NCBI GenBank assembly: GCA_016180645.1
Contig: JACPAV010000020.1
Span: forward strand, 1 to 64,000
Source of the DNA: Nitrospirota bacterium
GTDB taxonomy: Bacteria; JACPQY01
Direction of reading: 5' to 3'
Length of the DNA: 64,000 bases
A program made the position numbers and the translations under genes. The notes under the pieces are model-generated. The model worked only from the letters and a program-made list of their open reading frames with translations. It was not told the DNA's origin and did no database searches. The stretch's first letter is position 1. Each line of letters begins with the position of its first letter. Below, one piece after another: positions 1 through 10,600 of the stretch.

Positions 1-1
1 C

Positions 2-622
2 GAAGACGAGGATCCCGCCAGGGCCAAGACTCTCTACTGGCGTGGGAAGGAATTCGGCTGGCGTTCGCTCATGGAGAACAAGTGCTTCAAGAAGCGCTTT
101 GATGCAAAGCCCGCCAACCCGGACTGGTACGATCTCGCCCAATGCTTCACGAAAAAGCAGGAGGCTCAGTATCTCGTATGGACCGCGGCGGCGTGGGGTG
201 GCTGGCTCAAGCTCAGCATGCAGGAGGAGGACGCAAGCTTCGAGATCTTCTTCGACGCCGTGCCCGTCCGGGAGTTCATGGACCGGGCGAGGGTGCTGGA
301 TGAGAACTACTACTACGGCATGCCGCTCCTGTTCTTCGGAATCCTGTACACGCAGATGCCGCCCATGGCCGGAGGCGGCAGGGACAAGGCAGAGGAAACC
401 TTTCAAAAGGCCTTCCGTGTTTCAGACGGCAGGTTCCTGCTGGCGAAAGTCATGTACGCCCGATTTCTCCTCGTCGCCATCAAGGATCGGGAGGCCTTCA
501 CCAAGACGCTGAAGGAAGTCATCGAAGCGCCCGACGATCTCCTGCCGGAGGCGCGCTTGGCCAACGCGATCGCCAAGAGAAAAGCGACGTTCTTTCTTTC
601 AAGGATGAACGAGCTTTTCTGA
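2..622 (+). CDS. tatT: TRAP transporter TatT component (TPAT T-component), 5'-truncated by the window edge
   Basis: Frame is open from base 2. Motifs YYYGMPLLFFGILY..PPMAGG..DKA, FLLAKVMYAR and RLANAIAKRKA resemble TatT, and it lies directly upstream of dctP genes. Confidence 0.8.
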   Translation, partial: EDEDPARAKTLYWRGKEFGWRSLMENKCFKKRFDAKPANPDWYDLAQCFTKKQEAQYLVWTAAAWGGWLKLSMQEEDASFEIFFDAVPVREFMDRARVLDENYYYGMPLLFFGILYTQMPPMAGGGRDKAEETFQKAFRVSDGRFLLAKVMYARFLLVAIKDREAFTKTLKEVIEAPDDLLPEARLANAIAKRKATFFLSRMNELF

Positions 623-644
623 CCATGCTCGGCGCGGTCACAAT

Positions 645-1832
645 TTGAGCTTTTTCCCCGACCCTTCTCTTCGTAGCGTCCGGTTTCATACCGGACGAAT
701 TATCGCCCGATGTAAAATCGGGCGCTACCAGGGATGGTTGCCAAGAAAACGCTATTTTCGCCCCCGTGCTTGGTATCTCCTCCTCGTTCTTCTCTTACCG
801 CATCGGGAGGCGGTGCCTGCCGGCGCCTCGCGTGACGAAGGAGTTGTGCTCCGGGAACGACCTCTTGCCCTTCGATTGGCAACCGTTCCCCCCGAAGACA
901 CCAGCTACGGGATCGCCATCCGAAGGACCGCCAAGCGTATCGAGGAACGGTCAAAGGGGCGACTCAAGATCAAGCACTATGCCGGTGCTGTGCTTGGAGA
1001 TGAACCGCCCGTGGCCAAGATGGTCCAAGATGGTGAAATCGAGGCGGGAGGACTTACGGGGCTCGGCTTGGGAAAGATTTCTCCGGAGATCCGCATTCTG
1101 GAACTCCCCCTGCTGTTTGAGACGTACCAGGAGCAGGACTACATCATGCAGCGCTATTTCGCCCACTTTGCTGATGGAATGGAGAAACAGGGGGTCAAGC
1201 TCCTTTCCCTGATAAGCTACGGCAGGATCAACCTTTGGAGCAACGTTCCCATCCATACAATTGAAGATGCACTGAGCATGAAACTGTGGCTCTGGAAAGG
1301 CGATGTGCTTGCCGAAGCGATCACAGCGTCCTTGGGCGGGCGCAAGGAGAACGTGGTGCCGCTGGAGATCACGGAGGTCCCGGCTGCCCTGCATGATGGC
1401 CGGGTGAATCTCATCTACAACTTCGCGGCAGGGCTGATCATCTTGGGTTGGTACCCCTATGTGACCCATGTGATCACAGACACGCTAAGCCGGGCGGTGT
1501 CGGGCTTTGTGGTGAACCTGAAGGCGTGGAACTCCTTCCCGGCGGATCTTCAGGAAATATGCCGCGATGAGCTACGAAACACGATGGAGACACTCGGAAC
1601 GTGGATAAGTCGCGACGACCGCACTGCCTACATAGCCTTGGTGAAGCGTGGAATCCAGGGGACGGAAATGAACGAAAAGGAAAAGGAGAAATTCAGAACG
1701 AAGATGCGCGAAGTGCGGTTTTCGCTGGTGGGAAAGCTCTATTCACGAGAACTCCTCGACAGTATCCTGGCGGACCTGGAGTCTTTTCGCGCGGCGGAAC
1801 GACAGAAGGACGCTGCTCCCGGGAAGTATTGA
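645..1832 (+). CDS. dctP: TRAP substrate-binding protein DctP (TatP type), paralogue 1; true start probably further downstream
   Basis: LRLATVPPEDT, YAGAVLGDE, LELPLLF, WNSFPADLQ motifs. Confidence 0.85.
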   Translation: MSFFPDPSLRSVRFHTGRIIARCKIGRYQGWLPRKRYFRPRAWYLLLVLLLPHREAVPAGASRDEGVVLRERPLALRLATVPPEDTSYGIAIRRTAKRIEERSKGRLKIKHYAGAVLGDEPPVAKMVQDGEIEAGGLTGLGLGKISPEIRILELPLLFETYQEQDYIMQRYFAHFADGMEKQGVKLLSLISYGRINLWSNVPIHTIEDALSMKLWLWKGDVLAEAITASLGGRKENVVPLEITEVPAALHDGRVNLIYNFAAGLIILGWYPYVTHVITDTLSRAVSGFVVNLKAWNSFPADLQEICRDELRNTMETLGTWISRDDRTAYIALVKRGIQGTEMNEKEKEKFRTKMREVRFSLVGKLYSRELLDSILADLESFRAAERQKDAAPGKY

Positions 1833-1850
1833 TCGTTGCGTAGTCAATGC

Positions 1851-1923
1851 CGCGTTCACCCTTCGACGAGCTCAGGGCGAACGGCTTTTTCCGCTCGTGG
1901 TGAGCTTGTCGAACCATGAGCGG
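1851..1923. repeat. REP-like inverted pair (CCCTTCGACGAGCTCAGGGCGAACGG / CCGCTCGTGGTGAGCTTGTCGAACCA)
   Basis: Two related arms in opposite orientation in the dctP1-dctP2 gap; a related arm occurs at 58651-58694. Confidence 0.7.
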
Positions 1924-1964
1924 GGTGGGCCCACAGGCGGCCTTATCCAGGCAAGGATCAGGGC

Positions 1965-3014
1965 GTGACTTACATGGCGATTTCGCTCACCGCGACACTA
2001 CTCGCGGTCCTGTTGCAGGCAGCTAGCGCGACTGCACCGACCATTGAGCCTCAGCCCGCCCCGGAATACCTCCTGCGCGCGGCTACCCTAGCCCCGGAGG
2101 GGTATGTTTGGGTCAAGTACGTTCGCCAACTGTACAATGAGGTTACCCGGCGGACGGACGGCAAGGTCCGGCTGGACTTATACACCGGTGGTTCCACCGG
2201 CGACGAGCCGGAAATCGTCGAGCAGATGAGGACCGGTGATCTGGAGGGAGCGGGGATGACCATCAACGGAGCGCATCGTATCGACCCGGCGTTCAGCGTC
2301 CTATCCCTACCCTTCCTGTTTGACTCGGCACAGGAGTGGCTCTACGTGGCCGAGCGCATGCTCGAATACTTCAGGCCACGGGCATGGAGGGCAGGATACT
2401 ACTTGACTTCAATCCTCATACAGGGAGGTCCCACCCAGTGGTATTCCACCCAGCCCCCGATGCCGCTATCCGATCTCATGGAGAAAGCCACATGCTGGGC
2501 TTGGGCGGGGGGTGAGCCGACCATGAGGGCGCAGTACGACGCCTGGGGCGCGAAACATGTTTTCGAGACCGGTGCTCTGGAAGTCGCGGAGGCACTCGAC
2601 AAGGGGAAAATATCCCTTTTCCGTACCTCCGGGCTTGCCATGGTCGCATTCCAGTGGTTTCCATACGTGAAAACTGTCTACATGGTGAACGTCCTCTACG
2701 AACCAGGGGTGATCGTCATCACGCGGAAGGCATGGGAGAAGCTGCCACAGGAGTTCCAAAAAGTGATCCAAGACGTCACCCGAGAGCACATGCCGCGACT
2801 CAACAAGCGCGCCTTGCACGACGACGAAGTGGCCCTGCTGGGCATGACCAAGCGATACGTGGACATCGTTCATCCCAAGCCGGAGGAGATGGCGTGGCTG
2901 AAGGAGAAGAGCATGGCCGTGTGGAAGAAGCTGGAGGGGAAGATGTTCCCGCCGGAACTGCTTTCAAAAGTGATCGAGCTGAGGGACGAATACCGCCGCC
3001 TGAAGAATCCGTGA
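1965..3014 (+). CDS. dctP: TRAP substrate-binding protein DctP, paralogue 2
   Basis: Signal peptide, ATLAPEG, YTGGSTGDE, LSLPFLF, WEKLPQEFQ. Confidence 0.88.
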   Translation: MTYMAISLTATLLAVLLQAASATAPTIEPQPAPEYLLRAATLAPEGYVWVKYVRQLYNEVTRRTDGKVRLDLYTGGSTGDEPEIVEQMRTGDLEGAGMTINGAHRIDPAFSVLSLPFLFDSAQEWLYVAERMLEYFRPRAWRAGYYLTSILIQGGPTQWYSTQPPMPLSDLMEKATCWAWAGGEPTMRAQYDAWGAKHVFETGALEVAEALDKGKISLFRTSGLAMVAFQWFPYVKTVYMVNVLYEPGVIVITRKAWEKLPQEFQKVIQDVTREHMPRLNKRALHDDEVALLGMTKRYVDIVHPKPEEMAWLKEKSMAVWKKLEGKMFPPELLSKVIELRDEYRRLKNP

Positions 3015-4105
3015 TCGCGCAGGAGACCCGCCGGGCAGACACAAACGCTTCCCGTGCAGCTTCGAGGACACGGGCCACTCGCATGACAGCCGCGGTTCTC
3101 CTGGCTTTCGCGCTGGGCACATCGGTTGCGCTCGCCGAACCGCCCGTGGGCCGGACCTACGTTATCCGTACCGCGAGTCTTGCGCCTGAAGGGTACGTTT
3201 GGACAAAGTACGTTCGCCGTACGTTCGAAGCAATCACCGCGAGAACGGGTGGTCAGGTCCGGTTGGAGTTGCATGCTGGAGGGGTGATGGGTGATGAACC
3301 GGAGATGATCCAAAAGCTTGAGGCGGGTGAAATAGACGCGGTGGGTGTGACGTTCAACGGCGCGAACCGCATGGACCCCGCACTAGCGGTACTGGGTTTG
3401 CCTTTCCTATTCGATTCGGACTCGGAGTACTCGTACGTAGCAAACAGTCTCCTCCAGTTCTTCCATCAGCGTCTGCTCAAGCAGGGCTACTACATGCTGG
3501 CGTTGATTTTCCAAGGTGGAGGAGCACAACTGTTTTCAACCCAACCTCCTACCAGTCTTCGGGAACTCGTATCTACGGGGGTATTCTGGACGTGGAAGGG
3601 TGACAGAACACTTGAGGTATGGTTTGAGGCCATGAGAGTGACAAAAACCGTACAGTCAGAAGTACCAGAAGCTCTGGCCCTACTTCAGGACGGACGTGTA
3701 AGCGTTTTTTCGACCACTGCGATACCGATGGTCGCCTTGGGATGGTTTCCTTACGTCCGCACAGTGTACATGGTCGATGCGGCCTATCTGATGGGCGTGG
3801 TCGTGATCACGCGGCGTGTGTGGGATCGTCTTTCGGCCGACTTGAGACGTGTCATGGATGAAGAGTGGGAAAAGGCGGTGCCCGGTTTCAACAAAGCGAT
3901 TCTCCGAGACGAAGAGATCGCCCTACTTGGCATGTTGAAGCGGAAGGTAACCATCGTCCACCCGATGCCGGAAGAGATGACTTGGCTCAAAGAGCGGAGC
4001 CTGACCATGTGGAAGAAACTTGAGGGTACGTTCTTCCCGCCGGAACTGCTCGATCGGGTCCTTCAACTGCGGGACGAATATCGCAGGCTGAATCCGAAAC
4101 CATGA
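3011..4105 (+). CDS. dctP: TRAP substrate-binding protein DctP, paralogue 3 (start GTG 3011 or ATG 3083)
   Basis: ASLAPEG, HAGGVMGDE, LGLPFLF. The ORF-track start at 2654 overlaps dctP2 and is unlikely. Confidence 0.85.
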   Translation: MIAQETRRADTNASRAASRTRATRMTAAVLLAFALGTSVALAEPPVGRTYVIRTASLAPEGYVWTKYVRRTFEAITARTGGQVRLELHAGGVMGDEPEMIQKLEAGEIDAVGVTFNGANRMDPALAVLGLPFLFDSDSEYSYVANSLLQFFHQRLLKQGYYMLALIFQGGGAQLFSTQPPTSLRELVSTGVFWTWKGDRTLEVWFEAMRVTKTVQSEVPEALALLQDGRVSVFSTTAIPMVALGWFPYVRTVYMVDAAYLMGVVVITRRVWDRLSADLRRVMDEEWEKAVPGFNKAILRDEEIALLGMLKRKVTIVHPMPEEMTWLKERSLTMWKKLEGTFFPPELLDRVLQLRDEYRRLNPKP

Positions 4106-5190
4106 GATTTGACGGATTCCGAACCGTCGTGCGTCGGATTTCGTGGGTGGCTGTGGCCGCAGCTCTTTCCACATGGGCGCCGGAGGCAACAAGCCAAGGG
4201 ATGCCCTCGATGAAAATGGGCGGATCCCATTCCGAAAAGGGAGCGTACGTCCTTCATGTAGGCACGGTTGCGCCCGAAGGCGTGATGTACCACAAGTACG
4301 TGATGAGGGCGCTGAGGGAGAGCGAAGAGCGCTCGGCTGGTAGGTTGAGGTTCGTTATGCACGCGGGGGGCTCTGCGGGTGACGAACCGGAGGTCGCGAA
4401 AAAGATCCTCGACGGAAGACTGGACGGCGGCGGAATCTCGATCAACGGCGCGCAGAGACTGGAGCCGGAGACGATGATTCTCACGCTTCCCTTCTTCTAC
4501 GAGTCCGAAGAGGAGTACGAGTACGTGCGGGACAGGCTGCTCCCATATCTCACGGAACGGCTCAATGCCCGCGGGGTCGTACTTCTCGGTTTCATCGAGC
4601 GTGGGGGGCCGATCCAGCTTTTTTCAACACAGGAGCACGGGTCTGTGCGGGAGCTGATTGAGAACGCTTCGTGGTGGTCGTGGCAAGGTGATCAGTCCAT
4701 GCCACTCTTCTTTAGCGGCGTGGGTGCCGGTGCTATCGTCCCGACCGACCTGGACGGCCTCACCCAGGGTTTAAGAAAAGGAAGCATAACTGCATTCAGG
4801 ACCGCGGTTGCAGATACTGTGATTCTCGGCTGGTATCCATGGGTGAAGGCTATCTACAAGTTCGACTTGGCCCAGGAGTTCGGGATTGTGGTTATGAACC
4901 GCCGTTCCTTTGAGAGATTGCCCGCCGACTTGCAAGGTGTCATACGGCGGGTCTATGAGGAGCTGCTGCCGGACATCAACAAGAAGATCCGACGCGACGA
5001 GGAGATCGCCATGGTTGGGCTCTACAAGCGCGGGGTGAAGGTCATCCATCCTTCCAAGGAGGACCGCAACTGGCTCTCCCGAAACAAGGAGGCCATCTGG
5101 GATGCCTATCAGAAGGAGTTCTTTCCGCGGGGGTTGCTGGACCGGGTGATCGCCTTGCGGGAGGAGTACCGCCGTTCAAAGATCGAATAA
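4102..5190 (+). CDS. dctP: TRAP substrate-binding protein DctP, paralogue 4
   Basis: GTVAPEG, HAGGSAGDE, LTLPFFY, FERLPADLQ; ATGA overlap with the previous gene. Confidence 0.87.
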   Translation: MRFDGFRTVVRRISWVAVAAALSTWAPEATSQGMPSMKMGGSHSEKGAYVLHVGTVAPEGVMYHKYVMRALRESEERSAGRLRFVMHAGGSAGDEPEVAKKILDGRLDGGGISINGAQRLEPETMILTLPFFYESEEEYEYVRDRLLPYLTERLNARGVVLLGFIERGGPIQLFSTQEHGSVRELIENASWWSWQGDQSMPLFFSGVGAGAIVPTDLDGLTQGLRKGSITAFRTAVADTVILGWYPWVKAIYKFDLAQEFGIVVMNRRSFERLPADLQGVIRRVYEELLPDINKKIRRDEEIAMVGLYKRGVKVIHPSKEDRNWLSRNKEAIWDAYQKEFFPRGLLDRVIALREEYRRSKIE

Positions 5191-5650
5191 CGCCTACCGG
5201 AGAATTCTCCGCAGATTGCTCAGTGTCCATATGTTCTGGACCGGTCTCGGCGAGGCGGGACAGAGTCAACGATCAGGAACGAAGGCGAGGACGCCGCTCG
5301 CGCGCTTGTTTTCCTTTTGAAGCTTCGATCAGACTTGGGGGTGCGAATCTTGACGAAGCCCTCGAAGTTCACGCTCGACAGCTTGCATGGGTGAACTCCT
5401 CTCCATCACCACACAACGTACTCATCTCCTTCGATGAGGACCTTTCGGGTTGAGGGGTTCCGAAGAACGTCAACGCGAACGGCGTTGGCACACTGGGAGT
5501 GATGCGCTCGTCACCAGGAGAGACTCACCTCCGAATTGAGAGAAGCTGATACTTCACTCCAGTTTGCCATTCGTACGGCCATCAGCCGGTAACTGGGGCA
5601 AGGACGGGGAACGAAGGGGCAGGAAATCGCTGTCCGGAGTGGATCAGGAA

Positions 5651-5872
5651 TCAGAACGGGATAAGCTCACGCACCTTGCAGCGGAGAATGCTCGCAAGGC
5701 GGCTGAGAACCTCGATCGAAGGTCCTCGGCCACCTCGCTCGAGTAAGCCCAAGTAGTTGGGGGTAAGTCCGGCGGCAGCAGCTAGGCGTTCTTGGGTCAG
5801 GCCCGCACGCTTGCGATATTTTCGGATGGCATTGCCAATCTGGCTTCGATGATCCTGAGAGTGTTCCATCAT
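5651..5872 (-). CDS. XRE-family helix-turn-helix regulator
   Basis: IGNAIRKYRKRAGLTQERLAAAAGLTPNYLGLLERGGRGPSIEVLSRLA is a typical HTH_3. Confidence 0.85.
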   Translation of the reverse strand: MMEHSQDHRSQIGNAIRKYRKRAGLTQERLAAAAGLTPNYLGLLERGGRGPSIEVLSRLASILRCKVRELIPF

Positions 5873-5940
5873 GCTTCGGAAACAGGACGGGGCGCCCGGC
5901 GCGAGGGTACGGGGGAGCGGCCAGGCGCCCCTGTGTGGGC

Positions 5941-6120
5941 TTACAGATCTTGTGGCTTGAGTGTCTTGCGACCGTTGGCCTTGGCGCGCGCGCAGGCCGA
6001 TGCGATGAGAGACCGAGTCTTGCCGTCGAGCGCCGGGTAGAAATCCGACGAGACGTTGCACCCCTTGGCGGCGTCCTTGGTACGGCTCTTGGAGACGATG
6101 AGTTCTTTGGTCTTGGCCAT
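5941..6120 (-). CDS. Small prokaryotic histone-fold protein (59 aa, DUF1931-like), absent from the ORF track
   Basis: Hand translation gives MAKTKELIVSKSRTKDAAKGCNVSSDFYPALDGKTRSLIASACARAKANGRKTLKPQDL*. It has an AGGAGG RBS and the histone RKTxxxxD C-terminal motif. Confidence 0.85.
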   Translation of the reverse strand: MAKTKELIVSKSRTKDAAKGCNVSSDFYPALDGKTRSLIASACARAKANGRKTLKPQDL

Positions 6121-6284
6121 GTTCCCTCCTGTCAGTTGGTTGTTTGAGTCAGCTTCGGGTTAGCAAAGTGGTGCCGCGTTGTCAATCGTGTCGAGAGACG
6201 CAGGACGGATGTGCCGATTCTTGCGGGGCTGGATGGGAAACCCCGGTGCGAGGAATTACTGGTTGGCGAGGGCTGTACGGGCGA

Positions 6285-7187
6285 TCAGAACGGCAGATTG
6301 AGACCGCCGGTCTTCGGCTTGAGTCCCTTCCGCCTGGCTTCCTGCTCATAGGGGAAGGGACAGCCGCACTTGTCGCAGTCCACCTCCGAACCCAGCACGC
6401 AGGGCAGCTTCCGATTGAGCTTCAGATCCAGGGTGAGGGTGCGCCGGGGCATGTTGCACTTCGGCGTGATTTCCTTCGCCGTCTCACTCTTCATCAGCTC
6501 CAGCACGACCTCGGAGTTGAGAAGCAAGTCGGGATGTTTTTTCTTGACGGAGACCAGGCGGTCGATGAATCGATCCCTTTCCTCCCACGAGAAATCGAGG
6601 ACGTTCTTCTGGGTCTCGGTGTGTTTGTAGCCCCTGACCGTCTCATACTGCCGGAGCGGCGTGAAGAGCAGGACAAGAAACGAGACGGACGCCGGCTTCT
6701 CGATCCGGCGAAGGTCCTCGACCATGGTCTCCAGGCAACCTTCATTCATGCGGTGGAAGGTGGCCTGAAACACCACGTGGTCGATCGGGCTTTCGCCGAG
6801 GTTCTTCATCGTCTTGTCGTAACTGCCCCGACCCCGCACCTGATCGTGAATCCCGCGAGTGCCGTCCAACGAGACAAAAGGGATCAGCCCGGGGAGTTTC
6901 GGTATCGGCAGGGTCCCGTTCGTGAAAAGCTGGTTCATCTGGAAGAGTTTCGCCCCCCGCTCCAGAATCTGCGGCCGGTAGGTCGGCTCACCCCCACACC
7001 ATCCCATACTCACGATCTTGTGCCGCTCCTGGAGGATCTTCATCCCCGCCAGGAACTCTTCCGTGTCGATCTCCTCGGACTCATGCTCCTCCCGATAATA
7101 GAAGCAGTGCTTGCACCGAAGATTGCAGCGATCGGTAACATCGACGATGGCGGAGTGGTGTTCCGCGCCGGTCAGATTCTCATACAT
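6285..7187 (-). CDS. Radical SAM protein
   Basis: CNLRCKHC (CxxxCxxC), GGEP, SLDG and a Cys-rich C-terminus; start placed at MYENL. Confidence 0.9.
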   Translation of the reverse strand: MYENLTGAEHHSAIVDVTDRCNLRCKHCFYYREEHESEEIDTEEFLAGMKILQERHKIVSMGWCGGEPTYRPQILERGAKLFQMNQLFTNGTLPIPKLPGLIPFVSLDGTRGIHDQVRGRGSYDKTMKNLGESPIDHVVFQATFHRMNEGCLETMVEDLRRIEKPASVSFLVLLFTPLRQYETVRGYKHTETQKNVLDFSWEERDRFIDRLVSVKKKHPDLLLNSEVVLELMKSETAKEITPKCNMPRRTLTLDLKLNRKLPCVLGSEVDCDKCGCPFPYEQEARRKGLKPKTGGLNLPF

Positions 7188-7581
7188 GGAACCCCCTCTG
7201 GCATGATTTTTCTGATTCCATACCATCGAGCGGCTGTGGTCAAGTGGCTAAGCCGGGCGAGGTAGTCCTCCCGGTCCTGGAGATCATGGAGTGCTCATTG
7301 TGTTTTCTTCTTGATTCCATGGGACCACACGCAGGATCACAGGCCAGGCCGTAGCCGGCGGATTGTCGTGCACGGTCTGCTTATTGGAACCTGATTTCCG
7401 CGCCGGCATGGCCGTAATTCCGCGCGCCCGGCTTCCGGGTTCGACAAATCGGATCGACCTGCTTCGCCTCTCCGGCGAGAAACATACCCCAATGTGCCAG
7501 CACAGTGCGTGAATATCTCAGCAGGATTTAGTCATCCAATCCGAAGGTTCAACAAGAAGTTGTTTTATCACCCAAACCACC

Positions 7582-7610
7582 TTGACATGATTTCGGCGCC
7601 GTGCTATTTG
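7582..7610 (+). promoter_or_regulatory. Candidate sigma70 promoter TTGACA-N17-TATTTG
   Basis: Perfect -35 hexamer and weak -10, 8 nt before ATG 7619. Confidence 0.4.
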
Positions 7611-7618
7611 CCCCGCCC

Positions 7619-10600
7619 ATGAAATTCTTTGACGCAGTGCGTCAGGCGAGAGTTCAACGAAAAATGGGCCGGAGCGACCTCGCCGAGAAGGTCGGGATCA
7701 GCCGGATCTCCATGGGAAGCAGCACTCTCCCGCCTGCGGGTATCGTATCCCCTACCGTGGCAGTCCGTGGGACTGGGCGTTTCTTATTCCGCGTTGTCCT
7801 GGGCGCGCTGTTCGCCGGCTGTACGGCCGAAAGACGATCGGACCAGGAGGCGGTTGCTCAGGCGAGGGAGATCATCGTGGACGTCCCTTTGACGCCGGAG
7901 GCAGCCGCGGCGATGGTGGGCATAGGGGAGGAGGCGATTTCAGCGGGAGTACGTCTGGGGCGACGTGGGATTTCACAGGAGGTAGTACGGGGGGGCATTC
8001 GGGCGGAGGAGACGCAACTGATTGCCTCCGGGATCCGCGGCGGCATCCGTGCGGGCGTGAGGGGCGGAATTCGGGCCGGGTCTCAGACTGGGGTTCGCGG
8101 TGGTGCTCAGGAAGGCGTGAGGCTTTCGCCGGGTCGACAGGGATCCGGAGCGCCTGACCTCTCATACGAGTTTCGAGTGACCCTCCCTGCCGGGCTCGAT
8201 GCTCAGCGGCCGGATCTGTTTGTGGACATTGCTCTCACGGGCGCGCCATCAAGGCCTTTGGTGTCGATGGTGGCTGGGGGTGCAGTGAACGTCGCGACGG
8301 GAGGGCAGGTGCAGGTCAACGAACTCGAGTTGGGCACGGGGGCGACCCTCCTGCCGGACCAGGACGGGGATGGTGTCGCGAGCCTCATTGAGGTCGCTGT
8401 TTCGATCGTGCTGGTAACGGATATTCGGCCCGATGATCCCGATTCCGTCCCAACGCAGGAACTTGTTCAGAAGGCCTTTCTTCGGATGCAGGAGCGATTG
8501 AATGCGCTGCTCAAGGATCAGGGGTTTAACGGGCTCGTGGTGGTGATCGTGGATCTGGCGGCGCCGGACACGAGTGTGAGTGCGGACGTGGCAAAGAACG
8601 GGGGCTTCACGAAGAGTACGAGAATCGTCTTTTCGCTGGGATGCACGGAACCCGGCTGCCGGTTTAGCTGCGAGCTCGATGGCGCGGCGGCTGAGCCCTG
8701 CGAATCGCCCTATTCAACGGAGGCAGGCGAGGGAAGGCACGAACTGAGGGTAAGGGCTTCGGATGCGCTGGGAAATGCGGACCGCACACCGGCGGTTTTC
8801 GTTTGGACCGTCATCACCAAGGGCGCCGCGACGGTGCCGGAGGATGTTCCGGCGCCGGTATCGAATGCGGCGGCCGCGACAGTCAAGTTCGGCTGCGGCG
8901 CGGGTTCGGGATGCGCGTTCCGGTGTGAGCTCGACGGGAAGCCGTTTCCCGCGCCTCAGGGTGCGTGCAGTTCACCCCTTGTGCTGAGCGGTCTTGGAGA
9001 GGGAGAGCATTTGCTCAAGATTGTGGCAACGGACGCGGCCGGCAACACGGAACCTCAGCCGACGGTGATTGCATGGACGGTAGATACGAAGGCGCCGGAC
9101 ACGCTGGTGAAGTCAAAACCGGCGGCACTCACGAGCAAGGTTGTTGCCGTGTTCGAATTCTCGTCCGACGATGTGGCGGCATCCTTCTCCTGTTCGGTGG
9201 ACGGCGGAGTCTCCCAAGCGTGCTCGTCCCCGTTCTCGGCGAGCGTGAGCGAAGGTAGGCATGTCTTGCAGGTAGTTGCGACGGACAAGGCGGGAAACGT
9301 GGATCCGACTCCCGCTACGGCGGCCTGGGAGTTGGATACGACGGCCCCATCCTTCGCGGGACTGAGTGGATCTCAAGTGGTCTCAGTAAACCAGGTGACA
9401 CTTTCATGGAGCGCAGCGACGGACAAGGTGACTCCGGCGCAGAAGATCGTCTACGAGATCTGCCAGAGCACGGTGGCGCAGAGTTGTGTGGGAAACTTCG
9501 TGGGGGCCGTCGCCGTGCCGGCAGGATCGACATCCTATTCGATGGGCGGGCTTTCGCCGGCCACCAGGTACTACCTTGTAGTGCGAGCGGTGGATGAGGC
9601 GGGGAATCGGGAGTCCAACCTGATTGAGAAGAGCGCCGCGACAGTGCTGGATGGGAGGGTGTCCGGCAGCGCACAACATTCGTGTGCGGTAACGGGCGGA
9701 GGACTCGTGAAGTGCTGGGGAAGGGGCAATAGCGGCGAATTGGGAGACGGCGTGACGTCGGGCCCGGTTACGTGCGGTGGGTCGTTCTATGCAAATCCGA
9801 CGCCCGTTACGGTGAACGGGCTTTCGGGAGTTGTGCGTGTTGTGGGTGGCGGAGCCTTCAGTTGTGGGTTGTCGAGTGGAGGGAGCCTACGATGCTGGGG
9901 TGGAAATTTCTACGGTCAGCATGGGGATGGCAGCCGAACGACGAAGTCAGTACCTGCCGGTAGTGATGGTGTGCAGGGGTTGAGTGACGTATCCGTGGGT
10001 GCAGGAGGATATCACGCCTGCGGAATGTTTTCGGGTGGGGTGGTCAAGTGCTGGGGAGGGAACGGCTACGGCCAACTGGGGGGCGGCGGAACAAGCGGTC
10101 CGAATGACTGCGAGGGACAGGCATGCAGCACCACGCCTGCGGCCGTGGTGGGCATCGGTGCCGCGGTTGGTGTGGTTGCGGGGGACCTCTTCGCATGTGC
10201 CTTGGAAGGGGACGGCGGTGTGAAGTGCTGGGGTGAAAATTCGATGGGTCAGCTCGGTGACGGTACCGTGGCTGGAAGAGGAACGCCGATGACCGTTCCG
10301 GGCGTGACGCCTGCCCGCAGGCTCTTTGCTGGATCCACGCAAGCGTGTGCTCTCATGACCGATGGGAACTACAAGTGCTGGGGCTCCAATGCGTACGGAG
10401 AATTGGGTACGGGAGGCACCGGCCCGGATACGTGTGGTTCTACGCCGTGCAGCAGGACTCCTGTGACGTCGGTCAATCTCGCCGGCGCCGTTTTGCCCGC
10501 CCTGGGAGCAGGGCACACTTGTGGGCTGTTCGGAGGTGGTGTTGTGAAATGCTGGGGACAAGGCGGGTTGGGCCAACTCGGAAACGGCGGGACAAGCGAC

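Noticed and set aside
5191-5650. Gene or ncRNA between dctP4 and the XRE gene
   Set aside because: Only short ORFs without motifs and no recognisable structure.
6144-7265. 373-aa plus-strand ORF
   Set aside because: Antisense to the radical SAM gene.
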